From the NCBI GenBank assembly GCA_031255175.1, contig JAIRTA010000058.1, positions 1-44,774 of the forward strand: a stretch of DNA of 44,774 nt. Direction: 5' to 3'. Source of the stretch: Oscillospiraceae bacterium (GTDB taxonomy: Bacteria; Bacillota; Clostridia; Oscillospirales; UBA929). Of this stretch, positions 10,034-18,401 are shown in pieces; within the stretch, counting starts at the first letter, position 1; the number at the start of each line of letters is the position of its first letter. The notes below the pieces were generated by a model. That model worked only from the letters and a program-made list of their open reading frames with translations, was not told the DNA's origin and made no database searches. The translations under genes and the position numbers were made by a program.

Positions 10034-11194
10034 ATGATAAATAAATGCATTCTGATTCCGGACAGCTTCAAAGGCAGTATGAGTTCCGGCGAGATCTGCT
10101 CCATCATGGAGAAAGCGATTGACCGCTATTATCCGGACGCCAAAATCATCTCCATTCCCGTCGCGGACGGCGGGGAGGGCAGTGTGGACTGTTTTTTGGC
10201 GGCCCTGGGCGGAGAACGCGTCGTCACGACGGTAAAAGGACCGTACATGGAAGACATGGAAGCCTACTACGGTCAGTTGCCTGACAAAACGGCCGTGGTC
10301 GAAATGGCAGCCTGCGCTGGACTTCCCCTCGTCGGGGACAGGCGTGCCGCCGAAAAAACAACAACTTACGGGGTGGGGCAATGTATCGCACACGCGGCGG
10401 CGGCCGGCTGCAAAAAAATCATACTCTGCCTTGGCGGCAGCGCCACAAATGACGGTGGCACGGGCGCGGCGGCGGCACTGGGAATCCGGTTTTTGAACAG
10501 CCGGGGCGAGCGTTTCGTCCCCACGGGCAAGACTCTGCGCGATATCGACCGCATCGATAAGACCGAATTGCTTCCGTCCCTGCGGGACGTGGAGACCATA
10601 GCCATGTGCGATATCGACAACCCCCTCTGCGGCCCGGACGGCGCGGCACATGTCTTCGGACCCCAAAAGGGTGCGGACCCCGCCACGGTGGCGCTGCTGG
10701 ACAGTGGGCTCGCGCATATGGCGGCCGTCGTCAAACGCGACCTCGGCGCGGACATCCTTGATCTCCCCGGGGCCGGAGCCGCCGGCGGCATGGGGGGCGG
10801 CATGGCCGCTTTCCTAAACGCGCGCCTCCAGATGGGCATCGAAACCATATTGGACACCGTCAGCTTTGACAGCCTGTTGAGCGGCGCGGATATCGTATTC
10901 AGCGGCGAGGGAAGAATCGACAGCCAGTCCCTGCGCGGCAAAGTTGTGATCGGTGTGGCGCGGCGCGCGAAATCGGCGGGCGTGCCACTCGTTGTATTGG
11001 CCGGCGACGTCGCCGACGACCTGGGCCCCGCCTATGACGCGGGGGTTTCCGCCATCTTCAGCATCAACCGCGTGGCGGTTCCGTTCAGCGAGGCCAAACA
11101 CCGCAGCAAAAGGGATCTCGCTTGCACCATAGATGACCTCATGCGATACACGACACTCTTCCCGCTCACAGCAACGCCGGCAACCGGTCGATGA
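10034..11194 (+). CDS. garK: Glycerate kinase (GlxK/GarK family)
   Basis: PDSFKGS, PVADGGEG, GGSATNDGG, VFGPQKGA, GAGAAGG, GEGRIDSQSLRGK; ATG at 10034. Confidence 0.93.
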   Translation: MINKCILIPDSFKGSMSSGEICSIMEKAIDRYYPDAKIISIPVADGGEGSVDCFLAALGGERVVTTVKGPYMEDMEAYYGQLPDKTAVVEMAACAGLPLVGDRRAAEKTTTYGVGQCIAHAAAAGCKKIILCLGGSATNDGGTGAAAALGIRFLNSRGERFVPTGKTLRDIDRIDKTELLPSLRDVETIAMCDIDNPLCGPDGAAHVFGPQKGADPATVALLDSGLAHMAAVVKRDLGADILDLPGAGAAGGMGGGMAAFLNARLQMGIETILDTVSFDSLLSGADIVFSGEGRIDSQSLRGKVVIGVARRAKSAGVPLVVLAGDVADDLGPAYDAGVSAIFSINRVAVPFSEAKHRSKRDLACTIDDLMRYTTLFPLTATPATGR

Positions 11195-11972
11195 CGGCCG
11201 CGAGGGCGTGGTCGTCGCAGTCGGGGGCGGCGTAGCGGGCCGCCGCGCGGACCGCCGGGGCGGCGTTCGCCGGGGCAAAAGAGACCGCCGCGCGCAGCAT
11301 GGGCAGGTCGTTTTCCTGGTCGCCAACACAGAAAACCCGTTTGGGCGGAACCGACAGGGCGTCGGCCAGCCAGCACAGCGCCGTGCCCTTGTTGGCCTCC
11401 TTGTGCTGCATCTCCAGCAAGTTCGCGTGGGAGAAGCAGACGTCGTATTGGCCCCCGTACCGCGGGCGGAACCAGTCGCTCAGCGCCCGCAGCATCGCCG
11501 CCTCGCCCACAAACAGCGCTTTCAGCCAGTTGCCCGGAATGTCCGTCAGAGACGGCGCCCGCGCGGCGGAAACCTGGACGGCGGCGAGGTGCGCGCGCGA
11601 CGTCTCGTTGCTTCCGACGACCCAGATCCCCGTCAACAGATGCGCCTCGACGACGACCTCCGGAAAAGCCGCCCGGACGGCGGCGCACACGGGCAAATAA
11701 TCGCTGTCAAGCGGAACGGACCGCAGCACCCGGCCCTCGTCGTAGTCGTAGACGAGCGCGCCGTTGGCCAAGATCACCGGGGCATTCAGCGGGATCGCCC
11801 GCCGGGGCTGCTCGAAGGCCTGGATCGCCCGCCCCGTGGCCACGGTGAACCGCCCGCCCTCCTCGATAAACCGCCGGATCGCGGCCCGGTTTGGTTCCGA
11901 CACCTGCCGCGCCCGGTTGTAAAGTGTGCCGTCCAAATCGGACGCCAGCAAAATATTGTCAAATATTCCCAT
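11166..11972 (-). CDS. Cof-type HAD-IIB family hydrolase
   Basis: DLDGTL motif I, ATGR, NKGTAL, GDQENDLPM. Confidence 0.9.
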   Translation of the reverse strand: MGIFDNILLASDLDGTLYNRARQVSEPNRAAIRRFIEEGGRFTVATGRAIQAFEQPRRAIPLNAPVILANGALVYDYDEGRVLRSVPLDSDYLPVCAAVRAAFPEVVVEAHLLTGIWVVGSNETSRAHLAAVQVSAARAPSLTDIPGNWLKALFVGEAAMLRALSDWFRPRYGGQYDVCFSHANLLEMQHKEANKGTALCWLADALSVPPKRVFCVGDQENDLPMLRAAVSFAPANAAPAVRAAARYAAPDCDDHALAAVIDRLPALL

Positions 11973-12017
11973 TTATTCCTCCGTGTCCATCGGTCTCTCC
12001 GGGCCGCGCTCTCTCTC

Positions 12018-12109
12018 CGAGGTCCTGTGCGTGTGCGGGGCTGCGGCGGTGGAGGGCGCACACAAGGCGCGCCCCTACACGAGGTCCTGCGCGTGTGCGG
12101 GCTGCGGCG
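12018..12109 (-). repeat. GTAG-type REP-like palindrome flanked by a ~30-bp direct duplication
   Basis: Minus strand reads GTAGGGGCGCGCCTTGTGTGCGCCCT. CGAGGTCCTG(T/C)GCGTGTGCGGG(G)CTGCGGCG occurs at 12018 and 12080. Confidence 0.55.
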
Positions 12110-13010
12110 CCAGACGTGTCAGCATGGCCGTAAAATAGTCCGGGCGGGCGGCTTCAAACCGCAGCGGCCGGCCGGTCCTCGGGTGTATCAGCCGCAGCGA
12201 GGCGGCGTGCAGACACTGCCCGCGCAGCGCCCACAGGTCCGGCCCGCCGTAGAGGCTGTCCCCCAGCAGCGGATGCCCGGCGGCGCGCAGGTGCGCCCGG
12301 ATCTGATGGGTGCGGCCCGTCTCCAGCCGGCACTCCACATGGGTCGCGCCCGGCAGGCGCGCCAGCACCCGGTAATGCGTGACGGCCGGCCGCCCGCCCG
12401 CGGTCACCACCGCCATGCGCTTCCGGTTCTTCGGGTCCCGCCCGATCGCGCCCCGCCAAACGCCGCGCTCCCCGGGCAGGGCGCCCGCCGCCAGGCCCTC
12501 GTAGACGCGCGTCATCTCGCGCCCGGCGAGCTGCCCGGAGAGCGCGAGGTGCGCCGCGTCGTTCTTGGCCGCCACCAGCAGCCCCGACGTGTCTTTGTCC
12601 AGCCGGTGTACAATGCCGGGGCGCGCAACGCCGCCGATGCCGGACAGACCGCCCCGGCAGTGGTGGAGCAGCGCGTTGACCAGCGTGCCGTCCGCGTGCC
12701 CGGCCGCCGGGTGGACGACAAGCCCGCGCGGTTTGTTCACAACGATGAGATCTTCGTCCTCATACACAATGTCGAGCGGGATGTCCTGTGCGGCCGCGGC
12801 GCTCGGCGCCGGGTCCGGCCAGTCCGCCGTGAAGACCTCCCCCGCCGCCACCCGGTGGTTTTTCCCTGCCGGCCGGCCGTCGAGGGTCACTTCACCCCGC
12901 TCGCAAAGGCGCGCGAACGCGCTCCGGGAGAGCACTCCGGAGCGCGCCAAAAACACATCCAGGCGGAGGTTCTCGTCCGCCTCAGCCGCCTCAAAGCGCT
13001 GCCGCGGCAT
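12075..13010 (-). CDS. rluD: RluA family 23S rRNA pseudouridine synthase (RluD-like)
   Basis: N-terminal S4 domain (RLDVFLA), VNKPRGLVVHP, HRLDKDTSG, LETGRTHQIR, LHA. Confidence 0.92.
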   Translation of the reverse strand: MPRQRFEAAEADENLRLDVFLARSGVLSRSAFARLCERGEVTLDGRPAGKNHRVAAGEVFTADWPDPAPSAAAAQDIPLDIVYEDEDLIVVNKPRGLVVHPAAGHADGTLVNALLHHCRGGLSGIGGVARPGIVHRLDKDTSGLLVAAKNDAAHLALSGQLAGREMTRVYEGLAAGALPGERGVWRGAIGRDPKNRKRMAVVTAGGRPAVTHYRVLARLPGATHVECRLETGRTHQIRAHLRAAGHPLLGDSLYGGPDLWALRGQCLHAASLRLIHPRTGRPLRFEAARPDYFTAMLTRLAPQPAHAQDLV

Positions 13011-13485
13011 CCGTCTCGTCCTTTCCTCCGGCGGGCCGGTCGTGCCGGAACAGGAGATAAAGGCAAAACAACGCGCCGCCCGTCGTCACAAAGATGTCGG
13101 CCACATTGAAGATGGCGAACCGGACAAACAAAAACTCAAACATGTCCACCACATAACCGCTGACAACCCTGTCGAAGAAATTGCCCAGCGCGCCGCCCAG
13201 GATGAGACACAGCGACCAGCTCCCCAACGGCGTCTGCGGCCAGCGGCGCAGCAGCGCCCAGAGGATGACGCAAACAGCCGCGACCGTGAGGATCAAAAAC
13301 AGCCAGCGCCTGTTCGCCAGGATTCCAAAGGCCGCGCCCCGGTTTTCGACATAGATCATATGCACGACGCCGGGGACCAGCGGCTGTACCGCCTGCCCCG
13401 CGAGATGCTGCGTCGCCCAATATTTTATATATCTGTCGAGGCCGACGATGGCGAGCACCGAGAGCCCCTGCCAAAGACCCGTCAT
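12991..13485 (-). CDS. lspA: Lipoprotein signal peptidase II
   Basis: NRGAAFG, GGALGNFFDR, VVDM, FNVAD; ATG at 13485 overlaps the ileS stop (ATGA). Confidence 0.93.
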   Translation of the reverse strand: MTGLWQGLSVLAIVGLDRYIKYWATQHLAGQAVQPLVPGVVHMIYVENRGAAFGILANRRWLFLILTVAAVCVILWALLRRWPQTPLGSWSLCLILGGALGNFFDRVVSGYVVDMFEFLFVRFAIFNVADIFVTTGGALFCLYLLFRHDRPAGGKDETDAAAAL

Positions 13486-16235
13486 CCCGCCACAACCCCG
13501 GTGCAGCGCGGGCACAGGCCCGGGTGATCCTCATGGCCGCCGTCCCGGGTGAAGTAGCCCCAGCATCGCGGGCATTTCTCCCCCGGCGCCCGCTCGACGC
13601 GGATGGCCCGCGCCCCCCGCGAGACCGACACGGCCGACACAATGCAAACGGCGGGCAGAACATCCCGCACACTCTGCCAGAAGTCGTACTCCTCCCCTTC
13701 CGACGTGAGCAAAACATGGGCTTCCAGCGGCTTTCCGAGCAGTTTGTCGGCCCGGGCGCTCTCCAGCGCCAAATTCACCTCGTCCCGCAGCGCCACAATC
13801 CGCTCCCAGCGCGCCGCCTCGTCTTCGTCCATCACGGCAAAGGGCGGCGGCTCCGGCATCGGGTTGCACAGCACGCTGCGCGTGTCCGCCGCCGCGTGGT
13901 GCGGCATGGCGGCCCAGATCTCCTCGGAGGTGAAGGCCAGCAGCGGCGCCAGCAGACGCACCAGGGTGTCGAGCAAGATATACATCGTCGACTGCGCGGC
14001 GCGGCGCGCGGGCGCCTCCTCGGCGTCGCAATACAGCCGGTCCTTGATGATGTCGAGGTAGAAGCCGGAGAGATCGTTTACACAGAAGTTGTGCATGGCG
14101 TGTAGAATCGGATGGTATTCGAAGCGGTCGTACGCCTCGCGCACCCGCCGCACGAGACGCGCCATCCGGAAGAGAACAAAGCGGTCAAGCGGCGTGAGCG
14201 CCTCGACCGGACACATCGCGTCCGGGTTGAAGTCGTGCAGATTGCCCAGCATAAACCGGGCCGTGTTGCGGATCTTCAGATAGACCTCGGAGAGCTGCCG
14301 CAGCAGTGTCTCCGAGATGCGCATGTCGTTGTGGTAGTCCGAAGACGCCGTCCACAGGCGCAGCATGTCCGCGCCGTAGCGCCCCACGATGTCGGCCGGC
14401 GTCACCGTATTGCCGACAGACTTGGACATTTTCCGGCCCTCGCCGTCCACCGTCCAGCCATGCGTCACCACGGTCCGGTAAGGGGCCTGCCCCCCCGTGG
14501 CAACGGCCGTCAGCAGCGACGACTGGAACCAGCCGCGGTATTGGTCCCCGCCCTCCAGGTAGAGGTCGGCGGGCCAGGCGAGCACCGGGTTTGTCCGCAG
14601 CACCGCCGCGTGGGTGGAGCCGGAGTCAAACCAGCCGTCCAGCGTGTCTGTCTCTTTTGTAAACGCCGTGTGTCCGCAGACCGCGCAGACCGTCCCGGCC
14701 GGCAGGATCTCGGAGGCCGGCCGGACATACCAGGCGTTTGAACCCTCGCGGGCAAAGAGCTCCGCCACGGCGTCGACGCTCTCCGGCGTGATGTGCGGCG
14801 CGGCGCAAGCGGCGCAGTAAAAGGCGGGGATCGGCAGCCCCCAGTGGCGCTGGCGGGAGATGCACCAATCGGCGCGCTCGCGCACCATTGTCTCCATGCG
14901 CTCCGCGCCCCAGCCGGGCACCCAGGTGATGTCTTTCACCGTCTGCAGCACGTCCGTCTTCATCGCGTCCACGGACGCGAACCACTGCTGCGTCGCCCGG
15001 TAGACCACCGGGCGCTTGCAGCGCCAGCAGTGCGGATAGGTGTGCGTGAGCGACGCCACGGCCAGCAGCGCCCCCCGCGCGCGCAGATCGTCCAAAATGG
15101 CGGCGTTTGCCTTCTCGTAATACAGCCCGGCAAAGGGCCCGGCCTCGTCTGTGAGACAGCCGCGCGCGTCCACCGGCACCGGGATCGGCAGGTCGTAGGG
15201 CTTGCAGGCAAAGTAGTCCTCCAAGCCGTGGCCCGGAGCGGTGTGCACACACCCCGTGCCGCTCTCCGCCGTCACATGTTCGCCGAGGATCACGAGGCTC
15301 TCGCGGTCTAAAAACGGGTGGCGCGTCGTCACGCGCTCGAGCTGGGCCCCACTGAAGACGGCCAGTTTTTCGGCGTTCTCCCACCCGGCGACGCCGGCCA
15401 CGCTCTCAAACAGCGCCTCGGCCACAACAAACCGCTCCCCGCCCACGCGGTAGAGCCCGTAATCGAAGCGGGGGTGCAGGCTGATCGCCACATTGCCCGG
15501 CAGCGTCCAGGTCGTGGTCGTCCAGATGACGATGAAGACGGGCGATGCGTCGCCCGTCGCCCCAAAGAGGCCCCTGTCGTCCTCGACGCGGAACTTCACA
15601 TAGATGGAATCGCAGGGGTCGTCCTGGTATTCGATCTCGGCCTCGGCCAGCGCCGTCTCGTCATGGGGGCACCAATAGACCGGTTTGAGACCCCGGTAGA
15701 TGTAGCCCTTCTCGTACATTGTCCCGAAAACGCGCGTTTCCACCGCCTCAAAGGCCGGGTCCATCGTCAGATAGGGGTTGTCCCAGTCGCCCAAAATGCC
15801 CAGACGCACAAACTGGTCGCGCTGTCTCTCCACGTACTTCATCGCGAAATCGCGGCATTTGTCCCGAAAGACCGGAACGGAAATATCTTTTCGTCCAACC
15901 CCGCCGCTCTTCAAAATCTGGCTTTCGATCGGCAGGCCGTGGTTGTCCCACCCGGGGACATAGGGCGCCTGAAAGCCGGTCATGTTCTTGTAGCGCAGCA
16001 CAAAATCCTTCAAGATCTTGTTCATGGCTGTGCCGACATGGATATCATTGTTGGAAAACGGCGGGCCGTCGTGCAGCACATAGCGCGGGCGGTCCGCGTT
16101 CTTTTCCATCAAGAGTTCATACAGACGCTCCGCCTGCCACTTGGCCAGCATGGCCGGCTCCCGCTGCGCCAGAGAGGCCCGCATCGGAAAGTCCGTCTTG
16201 GGCAGGCGTATCGTGTCGTTGTAGTCGCGCGGCAT
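13482..16235 (-). CDS. ileS: Isoleucine--tRNA ligase (type 1)
   Basis: HDGPP..HVGT, GWDNHGLPIE, WTTTTWTLP, GTGCVHTAPGHG, DWCISRQR, KMSKS, C-terminal CPRC..CPRC zinc finger; ATG 16235 fits the AGGAG RBS (TTG 16241 is an alternative). Confidence 0.97.
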   Translation of the reverse strand: MPRDYNDTIRLPKTDFPMRASLAQREPAMLAKWQAERLYELLMEKNADRPRYVLHDGPPFSNNDIHVGTAMNKILKDFVLRYKNMTGFQAPYVPGWDNHGLPIESQILKSGGVGRKDISVPVFRDKCRDFAMKYVERQRDQFVRLGILGDWDNPYLTMDPAFEAVETRVFGTMYEKGYIYRGLKPVYWCPHDETALAEAEIEYQDDPCDSIYVKFRVEDDRGLFGATGDASPVFIVIWTTTTWTLPGNVAISLHPRFDYGLYRVGGERFVVAEALFESVAGVAGWENAEKLAVFSGAQLERVTTRHPFLDRESLVILGEHVTAESGTGCVHTAPGHGLEDYFACKPYDLPIPVPVDARGCLTDEAGPFAGLYYEKANAAILDDLRARGALLAVASLTHTYPHCWRCKRPVVYRATQQWFASVDAMKTDVLQTVKDITWVPGWGAERMETMVRERADWCISRQRHWGLPIPAFYCAACAAPHITPESVDAVAELFAREGSNAWYVRPASEILPAGTVCAVCGHTAFTKETDTLDGWFDSGSTHAAVLRTNPVLAWPADLYLEGGDQYRGWFQSSLLTAVATGGQAPYRTVVTHGWTVDGEGRKMSKSVGNTVTPADIVGRYGADMLRLWTASSDYHNDMRISETLLRQLSEVYLKIRNTARFMLGNLHDFNPDAMCPVEALTPLDRFVLFRMARLVRRVREAYDRFEYHPILHAMHNFCVNDLSGFYLDIIKDRLYCDAEEAPARRAAQSTMYILLDTLVRLLAPLLAFTSEEIWAAMPHHAAADTRSVLCNPMPEPPPFAVMDEDEAARWERIVALRDEVNLALESARADKLLGKPLEAHVLLTSEGEEYDFWQSVRDVLPAVCIVSAVSVSRGARAIRVERAPGEKCPRCWGYFTRDGGHEDHPGLCPRCTGVVAG

Positions 16236-16264
16236 GGACAACTCTCCTCACGTCATTTCTTCCT

Positions 16265-17002
16265 CTACGGGCGGTCCCGCGTGTCTCCGTGGCCGGCGTA
16301 TTGCTGGCCGAACTGATGCTGGATGTTCGGGAACTCAAAACGCGGGCGGGGCACCACCGTGTCCTCCTCCGGGTTCTCCTCCGGCAGCGTGCCGCCGGGC
16401 GCGAAGAGAATCTCCTGCACCACCGGCTCCTCCACCCCCTCGCCCGGCGCGGCGGGAGCGGACGGCGGGGGCGCCTCCGCGGCCTCCGGCGCCGCGGGGG
16501 GCGCGACAGGCGGCGCCGCGGGCGGCGGCGCGGCCGACGGCTGCACCTCGAAGATCATCGAGGGCACCGTCTGCGCCAGTTCCGCCTGCTGCCGGTACAT
16601 CTCAACCAGCTGGGCGGCAAAACGGACGGTCTGCTCGTGCAGCATGTGGTGCCGCCGCATCTCGTTTTCATTTTCTCCACGCAGGCGCTGGGTCAGCGTG
16701 TCGGCCTCGTGCCGGGCCTTCCGCAAAATCACGTCGGCCTGGCTCTTGGCCTCCGCCACCGATTCCTCCGCCATCCTCTGCGCCGAGAGCAGCGTCTTAC
16801 GCATGGATTCGTCCACGCTGCGGTACTCCTCCACCGTGTTGACCAGCACTTTGAGCTTGCTTTTCAACACGGCGTTTTCTTTGTACAGCGCCGCGTAGTC
16901 CTCTGTAACCTGCTCTAAGAAATCATCGACGGCCGCCATATCGTAGCCCCCGAACACGGCTTTTTCAAATTTTTTGTCTTGAACCTCTTGCGGTGTCAAC
17001 AC
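16265..17002 (-). CDS. divIVA: DivIVA domain cell-division protein
   Basis: LTPQEVQDKKFEKAVFGGYDMAAVDDFL N-terminal domain, coiled coil, Pro/Ala/Glu-rich tail; AAAGGAGG RBS, GTG start. Confidence 0.9.
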   Translation of the reverse strand: MLTPQEVQDKKFEKAVFGGYDMAAVDDFLEQVTEDYAALYKENAVLKSKLKVLVNTVEEYRSVDESMRKTLLSAQRMAEESVAEAKSQADVILRKARHEADTLTQRLRGENENEMRRHHMLHEQTVRFAAQLVEMYRQQAELAQTVPSMIFEVQPSAAPPPAAPPVAPPAAPEAAEAPPPSAPAAPGEGVEEPVVQEILFAPGGTLPEENPEEDTVVPRPRFEFPNIQHQFGQQYAGHGDTRDRP

Positions 17003-17131
17003 GCGCGCCGCCTCCTTTCACTCCGGTGGGTATTCTGCGCACACATACCCGCATACGGGCCCCGCACTGTGACGGGATGCCGCATGCGGGTGCGTCGCCG
17101 CAGTCTCTCCAATGCGCCGGCATTCACTGCG

Positions 17132-17554
17132 TTAAAAATACAGCCCGTTGTTTTCCAGTTCGTCGATCAGGTCTCCCAAAATGTCCACCCCGGACGGCGT
17201 GATGATGTATGTGCTGTTTGCCACCCGTTTGATTTTCCCATCCCTCGCATAGGCGACACCGGAGAGAAAATCCACCAGACGGCGGGCGATCTCCTTGCTG
17301 GCCGATTCCAGGTTCAGCACCACCGTGTGTGTCTCGCGCAGATGGTCGGCGATCTCGGGCGCGTTGTCGAAGCGCTCGGGCTTTACCAGCACCACTTGAA
17401 GCTGCGTCGTCGTGGGGATGGTAAGCACCTTGTCCCGCTGCGTGGACTCGGACGTCGGGACTGTGTGTCCGTTTCTGCTGGGGATGATGTCGTCAAACTC
17501 ATCCTCCTCCGAATACGGATGCGCCAGACGCTTGAGTTCATCCAACAAACCCAT
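17132..17554 (-). CDS. sepF: Cell division protein SepF
   Basis: VVLVKPERFDNAPEIADHL, VVLNLE, RRLVDFLSG, YIITP. Confidence 0.95.
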   Translation of the reverse strand: MGLLDELKRLAHPYSEEDEFDDIIPSRNGHTVPTSESTQRDKVLTIPTTTQLQVVLVKPERFDNAPEIADHLRETHTVVLNLESASKEIARRLVDFLSGVAYARDGKIKRVANSTYIITPSGVDILGDLIDELENNGLYF

Positions 17555-17647
17555 AAGATTCCTCCTCCCTAAGAAAATGTGATGGGGACGCGCAAACGCC
17601 CCGCCGGTCCGGAAAGCGCCGGACCGTTCTTTTGAAAGCGCGCAGCC

Positions 17648-18340
17648 TTATGTGCGCGGTCCAAACAGGGCAGAGCCCACTCTCACCATCGTGGCGCCGG
17701 CGCGGATGGCTTCCTCAAAGTCGTCGCTCATACCCATGGACAAAATACCCATACTGATATTATCTATGTTTTTTCGCCCAATGTCAACATATAGTTGTCT
17801 CATGACCACAAAATATTGTGTGTCGCCTGTCGCCGCGAGTGGCGGCGGGATGCACATAAGACCCCGAATCTCCATGTGCCGCAAGGAAGACAGGCGTTCG
17901 AGGCTTGTCCAAAGCGCCTCCGGCGTCCAGCCGGACTTTGTCGCCTCTCCCCCGACGTTTACCTCCAGCAAAACCGCCTGCCGCCGCCCCGTCTTCTCCG
18001 CCTGGGCGTCGACGGCCTCCGCCAGCGCGAGGGAGTCCACCGATTGGAGCAGCGCCACGCGCCCGACGACCCTCGCCACCTTGTTGCGCTGCAAGTGCCC
18101 GATGAAGTGCAGCGGCGCCCCCGCGTAAGCGCCCTCGGCGTCTTTGGCGAGCAGCTCTTGCACCCGGTTTTCGCCCACGGCGTCCACCCCGGCCGCCACC
18201 GCGGCCCGCACAGCTTCGGCGTCCGCGGTCTTCGCGGCGGCCACCAGCGCCGCCCCGGGCCGGCCGGCCTCCCGCGCGGCCCGTTCCATCCGGCGCCGAA
18301 TCGCGGCGACACGTTCGGCGATGCCCGTCGCGTCACCCAT
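17648..18340 (-). CDS. yggS: YggS/PLPBP pyridoxal phosphate homeostasis protein
   Basis: AAAK, GENRVQE, HFIGHLQRNK, GLMCIPP, LSMGMSDDF, GATMVRVGSALFG; start at 18340. Confidence 0.94.
   Translation of the reverse strand: MGDATGIAERVAAIRRRMERAAREAGRPGAALVAAAKTADAEAVRAAVAAGVDAVGENRVQELLAKDAEGAYAGAPLHFIGHLQRNKVARVVGRVALLQSVDSLALAEAVDAQAEKTGRRQAVLLEVNVGGEATKSGWTPEALWTSLERLSSLRHMEIRGLMCIPPPLAATGDTQYFVVMRQLYVDIGRKNIDNISMGILSMGMSDDFEEAIRAGATMVRVGSALFGPRT
17759..17787 (-). promoter_or_regulatory. Internal sigma-A promoter within yggS, oriented toward sepF
   Basis: TTGACA (17787-17782), 17 bp, GATAAT (17764-17759) in an AT-rich patch of a GC-rich gene. Confidence 0.6.
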
Positions 18341-18401
18341 CCAAATCCCTCCGTTGCGTTGTTTCTGATGTGTGAAAGCTCTCAAGTTTTCACACGGTCT
18401 C

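Noticed and set aside
16236-16265. T-box riboswitch upstream of ileS
   Set aside because: Only about 30 bp lie between divIVA and ileS; no T-box sequence or terminator is present.
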